From the NCBI GenBank assembly GCA_976226885.1, contig OZ320314.1:95108001-95172000 (forward strand): a stretch of DNA of 64,000 bases, written 5' to 3'. Shown here in pieces: positions 40,170-53,047 of this stretch (position 1 is the first letter of the stretch; every line of letters starts with the position of its first letter). The position numbers and the translations under genes were made by a program. Source of the DNA: Iphione sp. A-MEVVRFRX5 (taxonomy: Eukaryota). Below the pieces are notes generated by a model. It was not told the DNA's origin. It saw nothing but the letters and a program-made list of their open reading frames with translations, and made no database searches.

Positions 40170-42815
40170 ATGGATAGGCTTAAAATTATGACGTGGAACG
40201 TTAGAAGCTTACTGCTAAATTTGATGGAAGTAATTAGAGAGATAAAATGTTTAGATGTTGACATTGCTATATTAACAGAGGGCTGGTTACGGGAAGAGAT
40301 ACCAAATAGTGCATTACAAGTAGGTGGTTACACAATAATACGCCAGGATCGATGTCCAAGAAGTAGAAAAAGGGGAGGAGGCATCGTTATGTATATTAAA
40401 GAAGAATTAGCGATCCCCATAGAGGTAAAAGACACTCTGACTCAAAATAACAATCACATTGAGGTCCTGTGTGTTGAGCTGAAAATAGGGAAAGGAAAGA
40501 AGATGTTAGTGGGGGGACTTTATAGCCCTCCAGGAGGTAATATGGAGAGATTCCTAAATGATTTAAGGGGAATTCTTGAGAACAGTAGGACAAGTACTAG
40601 ATTATTTCTTGGAGACTTCAATGTGGACATGGCAGCTAGTACTAGTGATAGAAGGAAGCTCCTTGATTGTGCGATGAGTGAAGGTTTAATACAGTATGTA
40701 AAGAATATGACTAGAGTAACCAGAACAAGTAGTACCCTCATAGACCAGGTGTTTAGTTCCGTGGAGGGGGTAGCGGAAGTAATTGAAAATAATCTGAGTG
40801 ATCATCACATAGTTTGTATGACGTTGAAGGATACAAAACCAAGGAGGAATCGGGTAAAAGAAGTTAATTCTAGGAAATATGGACCATTTAATGCTGAGCA
40901 GTTTAAGAAAGAATTGGTCTTTGCTAATTGGTCAAACTTCTGGAAAGCCCCAAATATAGAGGATAAATGGCAAATATTAATTACGATACTATTACAACTC
41001 TACAACACAATGTGCAAACCAGTAAAGATAAAAGTAAAACATGAAAAGGTAGGCTGGATGAATGGTGAAGTATAGGATAGGATAAGACAAAGAAATAGGG
41101 CATTTCGGAAAGCGATAAAAACAAAAAAGGAGGAAGACTGGGAATATGCACGTAAAATGAGGAAGGAAACTCGACAATATATACACTGGAAAAAGAGGCA
41201 GTTGATTAGGGAACAACTAGATGAGTGTAGAGGGGACCCAGGAAAATTCTGGCAATGTCTCAAACAAACCTCTGGATTAGTCGAAAATAAGGCTGAGGAT
41301 ATAAACTTGATAGTAGATGGTAAAGATATAGATAGAGAAAGTGTAGCGGAGTAAATAATTTCTTTGCAGGAATCAGGCCAACATTGGCAGATAAACTTGG
41401 ACAGTTCGCTGAAAAGAGTAATAGATTTATGGGTGAATTTGAACTTAAGAGAGTTGGGTTGGAGGAACTACTCAGGATAATAGGGGGATTAAACACGAAA
41501 AAACCCTCTGGTGTGAATAAAATACCAATGTGTCACTTAAAAGTAGCTTTACATGCAATAGCCTTGCAGATACTGCACTTAATAAATACATCGATAGAGC
41601 ATGGCATAATACCAAAAGAATGGAAACAGGCTGTGGTGACCCCCATTTTCAAAGAGGGAAACAAGCATGAAATTGGTAATTACTGTCCAGTCAGTGTATT
41701 GAATGTATTTTCAAAAATACTTGAAAGAGTAATACATACTAGATTGTACAATTATCTAGAAAAGAATAATTTGTTAGGTATACATCAGTATAGCTTCCGC
41801 AAAGGGAGATCTACAATGGATGCGGTGGGAAATGTTATTTCATATATACATAACAATTTCAATCAAGGAAAAGTGGTACTTGCGACATTCATAGACTACC
41901 GCAAGGCATTCGATTCTATAAATCATAATGTAATATTGAAAAGATTACAAGAATTGGGAGTGGTCAAACCAATAAAGTGGTTTGACAACTATTGACAACT
42001 ACCCCACAAGGGTCCCTCTTGGGACCCTTATTGTTTTTTGTATTTATAGACAAGGTGCAACACTTATGGGACAAGGTAATCCTATATGCAGATGACCTGG
42101 TGATACTGTGTGAGGACAAAAATTTAGAAGATGCTACAACTACTATGCAGCGAGCATTAGACAAGGTCGACAGTTGGTCAAAAGAAAATAAAATACTTAT
42201 GAATATGGAAAAATCCAAATATATGAGGTTCTCCTATAGATATCCAAGGAGAGAGAATGTGGAATTAAAATTGGGAGGGATACTCCTAGAACGAGTTCAT
42301 ACTTATAAATACCTTGGAATATGGGTGGACGAAATGTTGAATTACATAAAACATGTAAATATGGTACACAAAAAGGTAGGAGCAAAGTTATACTATCTAA
42401 GTAGAATATGAAAATACTTAGGACTCTTGGATAGAAAGGCCTTAATAAGAGCGATGGTCCTACCAGTGATAGAGTATGGCATTATGTTGATGACGGACAA
42501 TAGTAGTATGGCCTACCAGCAGTTGAATAGACTATATAAGAAATCCATGAGAATAGCAGCAGGAAGAGGGTATAGCAGTGAAGAGAGTCATGTATTGCTA
42601 CAATGTAATAAGCTACATGATCGTAGAAACCAGGCCCTATTAATGTATATGTACAAGAAAGCCAAGGATGGTGAGTGTAAAATTGCTAAAGATGGAAGAA
42701 CTAGGAGAACACAAATGCTGCATTTCCCTAGGCCAAGAGTAACTAGAGCAGGATTTCAAAGATCTATTGACTTTTTGGGCAGTGTACTTTGGGATAAGCT
42801 GAGAATAGGATATCC
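40170..42815 (+). mobile_element. Non-LTR retrotransposon (LINE, CR1/L2-like) ORF2: APE endonuclease + reverse transcriptase, disabled
   Basis: APE motifs 'IMTWNVRSL', 'ILTEGWL', 'RGGGIVMYIK', 'LGDFNVD', 'TLIDQVF', 'SDHH'. RT motifs 'WKQAVVTPIFK', 'YCPVSVL', 'DYRKAFDSINH', 'PQGSLLGPLLF', 'YADD', 'YKYLGIWVD'. Split by stops near 41075, 41354 and 42411 and a frameshift near 41993; followed by a GA-rich tract. Confidence 0.9.
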
Positions 42816-42827
42816 GAGAGAGACAGA

Positions 42828-42830
<3 letters not shown>

Positions 42831-42858
<28 letters not shown>
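42831..42858. repeat. (GA)n microsatellite at the 3' end of the LINE
   Basis: Direct reading. Confidence 0.95.
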
Positions 42859-42865
<7 letters not shown>

Positions 42866-43329
42866 GGGGGGAAGTCAGAGATAGGTCATGGCTATAGGTA
42901 GGGATACCATGTGAGGAGCGAGGGGGAGACACTGCAAACCAGAGGATCGGAGAAAGAGAAGAGAGACAGAGAAACAGAAGGAGAGAAACATCTGCTTAGA
43001 GCGAGTTTAGGGCATGTTTGTAACAGTACAAGGTCTAAGAGATTGTGATGAGGGGAAGAGAATACGTTTAAGATGCTTGAGAGAAAAGGATAGAGGCATG
43101 TAGGAGGAGGCATTTGGAAGTCAGAAGGGAAGGGGAGGGGAGGAAGGGAGGTATGAAGGGGTGTAGGAAAAAGAAGAGAGGCAGTAATTAAGGCTCAATT
43201 CAGAGGATTATAGAGCAAATTTGAAGGACAGAAAAGATGATATGTCCTTCTCAGTTCGAACTTCATTGACACTTTACCACTTCCTCAAACTAGACAAAAA
43301 GATCGGAAGCGACGGGAAAATAGGGAAGA

Positions 43330-43332
<3 letters not shown>

Positions 43333-43399
<67 letters not shown>

Positions 43400-43405
43400 G
43401 AGAGA
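43333..43405. repeat. (GA)n microsatellite
   Basis: Direct reading; one CG interruption. Confidence 0.95.
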
Positions 43406-44715
43406 CTGGAAGAAGCAGAGAAATGTACATTTACACGTCCACTGAGTTTCAGAAGCCTACTTCCTTTAAGAGAGGCATTAGCCACGGTTACAGACAAGGA
43501 GAAAGATGCAGGCGCCATCTAGTGAGAAACATTGGTTTCTTCCTGAAGCTCGCGGTGTGGTTTTCATGCCTCTTTCCATTCACAGTGCAAGTTATGTAAA
43601 TTTCATCTTATTGCATTGGAAGTATGTCTCTCTAAATTGCCTCAAAGTTTAGAAAGGTCCCACAAGTGTATTAATATAATGGCAAACTTCGAATCAAAGT
43701 GACTTCATGTTTGCAACACAAGAAGATGAGCAGGTTGTCGTAAATGACGGGCACAATATAATACTGACCATGAACATTCAAGGAATAATTCTTTCCCTAT
43801 ATTGGTACGTAATTGTGGCTCAGGCTTATTTGCCATCTTCACTCGGTATAGAATTTTTCATTGGACCGTTGTACTTTCCTTATGAAGTCGAAAATAATTA
43901 TGTTTTGTCCATACAGTCTACGACAACGAATGTAGTTGGATGTTAAAGTCTTTATTAGCGTTATAAATAGCACCAAATCTGCTCGTATAAGTTTAACATA
44001 TTGCAGTTTAAATTCATTATCGTCCCTTAAGCTTAATGGAGGGATCTGCCAACAAATCTTCTTTGTGAAGTAATAGGACTATTGTGTTCCTTTCAAAATG
44101 ACAGTGCCACATACATGTAAATGTATAAACAGTCAGGTTATATAAAGTGATATACAGAAATGTGGTTAAAGTAATACTATATGCCTAATGTGATGATCGG
44201 ACGGATTTGTATACATATGCATTTTATATGTTAGGTAATTTAAGACAAAAATGAAAATGATTTGAACATCAGGATATGAATAGTGTTCCCGTTTCCTGAC
44301 CTAAAGGTATATCAAGTACTAAAACACGTGGTAACATTTAAAACAACTAGTCACCACCAAAACGTAGCGGGTGAAAATATCAGAAATCATACACATGTGT
44401 ATCACAATGAGCTCCGAAGTCCGTTTCTATATAGAGAATTTATGTTTGACTTATACAAACCCAGTAAAATGCATTTGATAAAAGTTCAACATTCATGTTT
44501 CTAGTTCTACTTGTAAAGTATGTCGATTTCTATGGTTGTTACCATCATTTTCACGCACGCACTCTGTCTAATTTTATCCTGCTGAATCTGCTGATCGGAC
44601 AGGAAAGAAAAGATACGAGAAGACAGACGTATCGAAGATGAGAGATTGCTCGTCTTGAAAGAAGTCATAATCAGAAAAATGGTGTAACTTTTCATTCTAA
44701 GGCCCGGTTTCCTTA

Positions 44716-45045
44716 GGCCAAAAAATTGGTGTGTTTCTGGTAACGACCAGCCAAAAACCTAGGTAGGGAGGGGGACAATCTTTTTTTTCCCCACTTTCTT
44801 CCTCTGATTTTCAATAATAATATATATGAAGAATTTTGACCAATTTACATGATTTTTACAGTTTTTTTGTTGAATTCCATGGATTTTGTTGTTTTTCTAC
44901 TGAATTTAACCAAAAATATGTGTCATGAAAACACATAGCTTAGGAAATTCAACCTTGAAAACTCTTTGGGGCCAAAATTTTTTTAGGTAGGGTGAGGTTT
45001 TACTAGGTAGGAGTGGGTTACCAGAAACACACCTATTTTTTTGCC
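44716..45045. mobile_element. PIF/Harbinger-like MITE, family A, copy 2
   Basis: Same TIRs and internal sequence as 12180-12523; TTA TSD at 44713-44715 and 45046-45048. Confidence 0.85.
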
Positions 45046-46106
45046 TTACCTGTGTTGCAATCTGTGCAATTTCGGTGCATTTTTGTGCGTTTTTGAAGCG
45101 TTGAGGTGCGGTTTTTATTACCCAGTGATCATTAACGAGTGCTGTCTGATAGTTAAACGCACACCGACAGCAATGAACAGTAGCATAGATACCTGTGCAC
45201 AGCTCCCTCACAAATTACACCAATGGATGTATTTTTCTCATGGATAAGCGCCCGTAAACAAATCCTAGCAAATGCATGCATTAAATGTTTATTAAAAGGT
45301 ACACGATGACAATTACTGACTGCTTTCTATTTTAGATCCTCCACTGACACGTTCTGCCTTTCCAGAACTAAATCTGAAGCTATCAATAGTAACGGAGATG
45401 CGAAAGATCCGAACTGTAGATTCATTCAAAGTTGCATAAAGCGGTATCGTTAATTTTTCTAATTAAATGCCATAAACTGATAGATATGAGGTAAGATTGC
45501 AGCTGTATCGTTTTGTGAAGGAGGATATTTTCAGAAAATTTCTAGGCTCACGATTAGAGGCATATACATTCATTGTATATAAATCTGTAATCAATATTTA
45601 TGTGTGAGGAGTGCAAAGCATTTGAAACCGTCGAATATAACCCCCAGGTACCCACATGTATAAGTACAATTCTCGGAAATATATTTTGCCGTGAGTTAAA
45701 CAAGGCAACTTTGATTCAAATTTAATGATACGAAGGAGGATGGCAGGAAGGGAAATGAATGAGACATGCTTATTTTGTACAAAATAATGATAGTTGTGAG
45801 TAACCCAGAGAGCCATCCGCGCCACTCATGTATTGGGCACATCTTTAAAAATTATTTTTTCGTTGAACATCAATAACAGTTAGTTATGAATGAATTTTCC
45901 CACAAGATACAGAATAAAAACTTCGAATAAGACCAAGCGTGGGAATGTCGGTTTCTTTACAGTGCCAGTAATATGATGCTAATAGACATGTTTGGTTCAT
46001 GAAGATTTCAGGCATAATCCATTATAGGTCTCCCTATATAGGTTAGTCTTCGAGTGGATTTCTACTGTATTCATCTGTATGTAGATGAGAGATGCCCATG
46101 TCTTCA

Positions 46107-46805
46107 CTAGACTGGGAGCGCATCCAGTGAGGGTTCCTCGAAGTTGTCTGAGATGCGTTCATCGTTCGAGATGACATTCATCTTGTAAGAAGGTGGTGGG
46201 GGCAGGGTTCGACTGAGCAAATGGCGCAGGCTGGCGATGGTGCCGGCGGTGAAAGATCTGCTCCGTCTGAATCTCCTTCCCATCATCGATCCCCAGGAGG
46301 GCAAGCCGGCAATGCTACCTCGGTAGCTGCCACTGCTGCCTCCTCCCCCTGCTCCTCCGTCTCCTTCGATACTCTCATGGCTTCGTCGGTCGACGCCAGA
46401 CGGTTTCTCCCAGTCTGTGGCTACCATGTCCTGGTGGGAAGGCAGGGACACCGAGGGCCTGAGAGACAGGTGATTCAGCTGGCTATGATCGTTGTAGTCC
46501 TTATCGGGCGTCGCTGCAACGTCGCCCCAGATGCCTGCCTTATTTTTGTGGCCCATGTCGCGGAAGCCGTCCAACAGGGTCGCCAGTCGCGCGATTGGCA
46601 CCTCGTCGTCGCCGTCTCCCGCAAGATGTCTGCCGCTGTTGGTGCTGCTGCCTCGCGGCCTCACATGGGGGCTGAGCGACTCACGCGATGCGGAGCGCAA
46701 TCGGTGAGCTTGTACCGTCCGCGACAAGACCCCTGTCCACTTGGGGTGCTCCAGGCCAACTTTCTTGAACAGCCAGTAGGTCTCCCCGATGTTTGGGTGA
46801 CCGTT
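46107..46805 (-). CDS. Terminal coding exon of the same receptor (end of the cyclase domain plus a ~220-aa low-complexity C-terminal tail)
   Basis: Polypyrimidine acceptor ttcttttctcctgcgcag|AAC at 46805 is phase 0, matching the phase-0 donor at 53447. The exon encodes 'NGHPNIGETYWLFKK'; TYWL is the conserved C-terminal motif of receptor guanylyl cyclase domains and is missing from the large exon. GC-rich, coding-like composition to the stop at 46107. Confidence 0.8.
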   Translation of the reverse strand, partial: NGHPNIGETYWLFKKVGLEHPKWTGVLSRTVQAHRLRSASRESLSPHVRPRGSSTNSGRHLAGDGDDEVPIARLATLLDGFRDMGHKNKAGIWGDVAATPDKDYNDHSQLNHLSLRPSVSLPSHQDMVATDWEKPSGVDRRSHESIEGDGGAGGGGSSGSYRGSIAGLPSWGSMMGRRFRRSRSFTAGTIASLRHLLSRTLPPPPSYKMNVISNDERISDNFEEPSLDALPV

Positions 46806-49655
46806 CTGCGCAGGAGAAAAGAAGGTGAATCTACGTGTTAAAACTTCACTACCAACGGGAAGATATTCTATGATAATTGTAAGAAAAACACACAGAATTT
46901 CCAAAGTTACAGAACAAATATATATATATGCTGAGAGTAGTTAAATATCACCCCATTTATAGCATTTATTGATATGGTATGGTAGAGATGGTCTGTGTTT
47001 TTATTCTCACCACTTCTTAGTAATAAAATAAAAAAATTTTTAATGATGTCATCAGTTTAAAAATAATTCTCAGAAAAAACGATAAAATAAAAAAAAAATT
47101 GTAATACATGTATACGCAATTTGCTTCAACAAGTTTTCCTGTAAAATAAAACAGACGAGGGGGCATTTTCTTGTTTGCAGTGAGAACAAGACCGAGAAGT
47201 ATTAGCACGCCTCCAGGCTTGATGCGTTTTCGAATATTAATACACCAAGCTCAAATCAGGAGACATTTTCCGTAGGAAGTTTCCGGTTGTGCCTAGACAT
47301 TCACATCGGCAACGATGTTCAAATATTGAACCACCTGCTACAGATTGAACCGTGTGGTGCGGTGCAGTTCTAAAGGAATTCAGAAAGTATTTATGTTTAG
47401 GCGAGTTGCATACAGCAGTACCTTTGCACGTCTAAAACAGTGAGAATTTGTTCAATCATCTCTACCCCGTAAATTGTGTTCGATGCCAAGGGTTTATTTA
47501 TATCCTTCTGTTTAGTTTCCCCATTTTCAAACCGGTCAATATGTGTTCCGGTAGGCTAGCGAAATATTGTTTGGAATGCTGTGCAAATGTTTGTCATCAA
47601 CAAAACTCTCTGATGGATGGTTATAGCAGATGTTAGTATCTATATATAAACTATAATAATATATATTTCATATATGTACGTATATGTATATATGAAGGGG
47701 GAGGATTGGAACAAGTTAAATTTGTCGCTTTGGGGGGCTGCGGTAGAAATAAAAGCAATATCAAACAGAAATATTTGCGCTCTTCGATTACGATCCACCA
47801 GGTGATGAATTAAATATCTGAGATATCATATTTCAACAAGCGTGGATCCATTGACTACATAATGTGACGTTTTGCAGCTAAAACAATGTAAGCGAGATCG
47901 ATCCAGCGGGCATTAGCTGGATTATCTAGAACCAAGTATTGTGTCACTTATACTACATTAAGATTACTGAACACTCTCTCAACCGATCAACAACGCTTAA
48001 ATACATTTTAAGTGTGTAGAAAAGTGTTCATTTCCTGATTTTGTTGCCCTAACGATAGACTCATTTTTTGAACAGTACACTGGAATGGTTTGGTAAATGC
48101 CTCACCGCCTGACCATTGCATACTAAGGCCCACTTTCCATGTGTGCATGTCAGTGTGGAAGGGTCCAGAAATTCTGCGTATTTTCCAGATGAGCATGGAC
48201 AAGCACAGGCAAGCATGGAGGATTGTTTTCCATGTAAATGGGTAAGGAACAGTCAGAAATGGCCAGGATCGGTTAGTAATGGTCAGATAGCTGCCTGGGA
48301 GAGTGTGTGTTAATACGTGTGTGCCAACTTCTGTTCAAACTGTGTGTCTTGTGCCGATTGTAAAGAATTACACCCAATTCCGTTAAGAATGTATGCCTTT
48401 TGTGCAAACCACAAAGAATTACACCAAATTTAGTTAAAACGGTTCTGATATGCAAATTACATATTCATTTACATGATCTCACATATGTTAGATAGTAATC
48501 TTTCTTATTTAAACACACATTTCTCCATTCTACTCATCTGTGTCCATAAATATGCATCTGTGTCCAGAGGAATTTATGGCCCAGGTCCGCTTTCTGTCCC
48601 CGGACAGCTCCTGACACGGAGCATGTACACCAGGAAATATTCCGAATCATCGTTACTTTTTTTCAGGAACCTGGGCTTTATGCACCCCATAAACTTTCTG
48701 TACAGATAAAAAGCAGGTCTAAATGTATATTTTTCAGGGTAATTGCTTTGTGATTGACCAGTGTACTGCCTTAAGCATATGTATGTTTTATAATTCCACC
48801 AATAGATGTACCAGTGGTATTCTCCGGGACTATTAAAAACTACAGGAAGAAATAATTTTATAGTGCTAAAAAATTGTAACAGCTTTCTCATACCCCCTAG
48901 GCCAAACCATAGCTAAAAAAGAAGTAAAATATCAATTGAAATTTAATTTACACCACAAAAACCCCATCCCGGAGAATATCTTTTGGAACATCTACTGGTG
49001 GCATCAGTCATAGGTAACATGGAATGAGGCACCAATTGTCCTATGTCTATCGATTGCATATTACTACCTGTGGATTGTGGGCCATAAGTAATCATCCAAG
49101 CTGTTTGAGCATTCTCCGGTCGACCATCAATCAATGTACTAGAGGTACCTAAGAGATACCTAAGCAACGGAGCATGGCCATGCTACTAATGTATTTACAT
49201 GTGTACATGTATTTGACTGTTAAAATGCTAATAAGGACATTATATATGTAATTCTAAGTACATAGACTTGGAATAGATTACATACTTTTCTTGAAAGTAA
49301 ATGTAATGTGCTGTGCACTTTCTTGGGATACGTGATTCGTTCCAAGCATAGCCTTCGCCTAACGACATTAACACTAAATGACTCCTGTTTGCACTCATTT
49401 TCTTGATTCGTGTATTATGCATTTGTCTACAGTGAAAACCACTGTACATGTTATGAAAACTGTTGAAGAAATGCTTGTATCTTGTATCTTGTTTGTCTAG
49501 AGACGAACAATGTGATGTTCTACCCGCATCACATGGAGACAAAACTTTTTTTTTCAAATTATACAGCCCTATTTGGATTTTTTGGGGAAAACTTCCAAGA
49601 ACATACGTTTACATTTAGGATTGATATATAAAGGTTCACTGACATTAATTATTAT

Positions 49656-52600
49656 TAGTCTAGTGGCTTAGCTAAATATTTGTGCACTTTTGGAAACAAG
49701 TATGAACATTTGCATGCAGATAAATATCACCATAGTGTTTTTTTCTAGCTATAGAAGCACTTTCAAAGTGCCCCCTGGTGGTGGGTGGCACATCCTGTAT
49801 GTACCAGATGCTTTTCTATCATATATTATGAGATAATTGGTCATTAATTTTGGTCTTAATTATTCTGACTTGATTAATTATATCTCAATGCAACATAAAG
49901 TATATGGAAAGGCTATTCCAAATATTTTTAGAAAGGAAAGTCTTTTTCATCATAATTTTGTAAAGCATGGACATCATGATGTTCCTAAATTACTGTTTTT
50001 ACAAGAATAATCCCCATGTTTTTACATAAAGTACAGATTTCAATATTAAGGCATGTTCTTGAGCACATTGCCTGAAAACTAAAAGTGCGTGATGAATTAA
50101 TTGTGATATGAAGCCTATACTTTCATTGTAAAATAGTTTTTTCTACTGTTCATACAAGAAATGTTTATGTATCTTCCAAGCACATGCATGAGCACAGTGT
50201 TGTACATAATAACTCAGCATGGAAGAATCCACAATGACCTTGGCTGCAGGATTTCTAGCATCCACATTTAATACGGTTTCTGCATCCTTTTGATGCTTCA
50301 GGTAACACTCTACAATGTGGCCCTATCTTTCATTAGTTTTGGACCATCCCACTCGGCTGGATTGGCAAGTGTCATCTGAGGAGTCATAGATTTTCCCAGA
50401 TATGACTGCTTTGGTATGTTGCCTTTCGATGTGCTCCTTGAGAGCTGCTTTATAGGAGGAAGGTTGTCATGCTTAATTCTACCTTTCCTTGTGAAAATGT
50501 CCCTCCAAGCTTTATCAATGTTGGTATGTTGACTTGTCCAGTCATATAAAAGAATGACAGTATGAGAGTTTCTTCACTCATTGTGTTGGTGTTCTTTGAC
50601 AATTCACTGAATGCAGCAGTCACCTCAGGATACACTCTCCAAACTGCCCACACTGTTTTCTCTCCTCTCCAAATAAAGGTAAAAACTGTATTGTATCCTG
50701 TGAATGCATGGTAGTGATCTGGATTGTGCAAATCCTATTACCTTTGTGATGTCATGAACTGGGAAAAAGTGAAAGGTCTTCCCAGTCCTAAAGGCTACCC
50801 ACAACTCCTTAACACCAATCCTTTCAAAGTATGCCAATCTTAGGACCAAAATATCTGTATTCACTATCCTTATTAGGATTTTCTGGCTACCCTACTTTGC
50901 TGCATAGGCTGCATTAAGTATGACCCTTTTATCTGCCTCTTTGTGATTTGGGGGTCTTAGGTATTAACAGTTAGCTGGTTGAGTACACAGGACTTTTTCT
51001 CCATCAGTGGTATACACTGCTTTTTCTGTCTCTGGCCTATCTACAACAGCATGTCAAGAAACTGAATAATTCTGTTTTGTTTTCCTCTGCACAGAGAATT
51101 TTTTCCAGTTATTAGGGATTTTGGATGTTTGAAAAACTCTCCCTCTGGTTCCCTTTCCTCTCTTTTTCCTCAAATATGCTTTCAAACTTTCAGGTATGTA
51201 GGAATCCCATACCACATCAATACATGAAGTATTCTCTAGTTGTCAGTTAATGTATGGTATAAAAACTTGGGAGGCATATTCACCAAAGGTTTGTGCTGTC
51301 CTTGGCTCCAGTAAGTGCACTACAGCTGCACCGTCCAAGATTATTGAATCCACTTTTGGAGAATCAGACACAATGCTTGTAAGATCTTCCAACCAAAGCA
51401 CAAGGTCTGACCTAGTGCCTGTGTGCAGATTTCCCTGATCTGACAAACTTTGTGAATAGGGATTTTTAGCACACTTAAAACAAATCATCAATGTTAACAG
51501 CCCTGGTTCAGCATGATGCATAATCCTGTTTTTCACAAATCTGTTTCCTTTTCGAGACAGTTTCTATCACAGAAGTATATCAACTAAATCTGTAGAATCT
51601 AAGACCAGCAGACCGGCACTTTCCTCAGTAAAGCGGTGTCCCTTTCTATTCCATAGTGGACACTACAGCTGTTACATGCGTGGCAAAAGCACTTTGTACT
51701 GCAGGGAGCTGCTCATGGTATCCAAGGTCATTGTCTGCAAGGTAAAAGAATATTGTCTCAAATTCTGTCAGTATTCTGGCCCTGCCATGATCCAATGTCT
51801 GAATGTACTAGGGTTTTCTATGAGGCCTACACCACCTTCTGAGCCTTTGAACAAGGCATTATTTAGTTCATGTCCTTGGTCAGTTGATAAACCATATGAC
51901 ATATAATTTGTTTTCTGAATTACAAAATTGCCTCTCTGAAACTCACTTTCCACTTATGGGTGGATAGCCATGGCAGGGATCTGACCTGGATTGACATGAT
52001 GTGTTGCTTTTCTGATCACTTCCATGCCATGCTTGACCATGGCAACTATGTATGCAATCTCATAAAAAATGGCATCAAGGCATTCAGTGGGACGGAGTGT
52101 TGAACTTGCTGCTAGAGCAGGGCATGATTAGCACCTTAAGACCAAAATGTCTTTTATCAACATTTTCCTTGTCCACAAAAGATATCACCGTTGCTAACCA
52201 CTTGAACCATTGCAGATATAAAGACGTTGTTTCCTGGCCAAGAAGATCTCTTTTGTGCATAGTATTGCTGAGAGGAGCATCTGTATAAATATCTGGGAGT
52301 AGCTTGACCTTTTGTTTGCCTTCCTGTGGGGTTGATGGGTCAAGCAGTGTTACACCCTTGCCAATTCCAGGGACCTCATCTGTCAGAAACTGGAAGAGGG
52401 ATTTGCTAGTTCCATGAAAGGAATCATGTGCTGTAGCAGATGTTGGGTTATGATCACAGTTATCCAAGGCTCTGACTGACAAAAACCAAGCTTCATGTTA
52501 ACAGGACAGACCACTCTTTTAGCTTCACATCCTTCACAAGTACCATTGGCTAAATTAGTGATCACTTGTAACACATGGTCATAGGACACGCTCATGCTGA

Positions 52601-53047
52601 CTTGAGACATCATGCCCACCAGCCTTTTTTTGTAAGAGTACGTAGCTGCAGCCCTATGTACAAAGACAAGGGTGTTTCGTGCTCTGGTTTATGCTTGATT
52701 TTTCCAGAAGATCAATCCCTGACATGTTTCACAGCATTGAAAAGCAACAACTGAGATTTCAAATAATACATAAACATACAATCTAAGACCTCAAATTAGT
52801 GTAAAATGACCAACATTATGGAAGGAAAACTCTTTAGCATATTAAAAGTTATGACATTTGAGCTGGTTATATGCTAAAAAAGCCCTTGCTACATATAGGT
52901 GGCACCACCTGCCACCAGCGGGCACTATGAAAGTGCTTCTATAGCTAAAACAAACCACTATGGAGATATTTATTGACATGCAAAAGTTCATACTTGTTTT
53001 CAAAAGTGCACAAATAGCCACTTTTTGGGAGCTAAGCCACTAGACTA
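49656..53047 (-). mobile_element. Academ-like (XPG/FEN1-nuclease-type) DNA transposon, internally deleted and pseudogenised
   Basis: Imperfect TIRs of about 170 bp starting TAGTCTAGTGGCTTAGCT (49656-~49823 and ~52868-53047), flanked by TAT at 49653-49655 and 53048-53050. Broken minus-strand ORFs carry 'DHNPTSATAHDSFHGTS', 'GNFVIQKT..DQGHELNN..KGSEGGVGL.ENP', 'ILDGAAVVH', 'NTDILVL..LWVAFRTGK' and 'HAFTGYNTV..GEKTVW' (XPG/H3TH-like). TAG..CTA ends, a 3-bp TSD and an XPG domain fit Academ. Confidence 0.8.

Noticed and set aside
43221-43518. ER- and SL-repeat ORFs
   Set aside because: Translations of the (GA)n microsatellite.
46221-46841. 206-aa plus-strand ORF
   Set aside because: Antisense shadow of the GC-rich terminal exon; no recognisable motifs.
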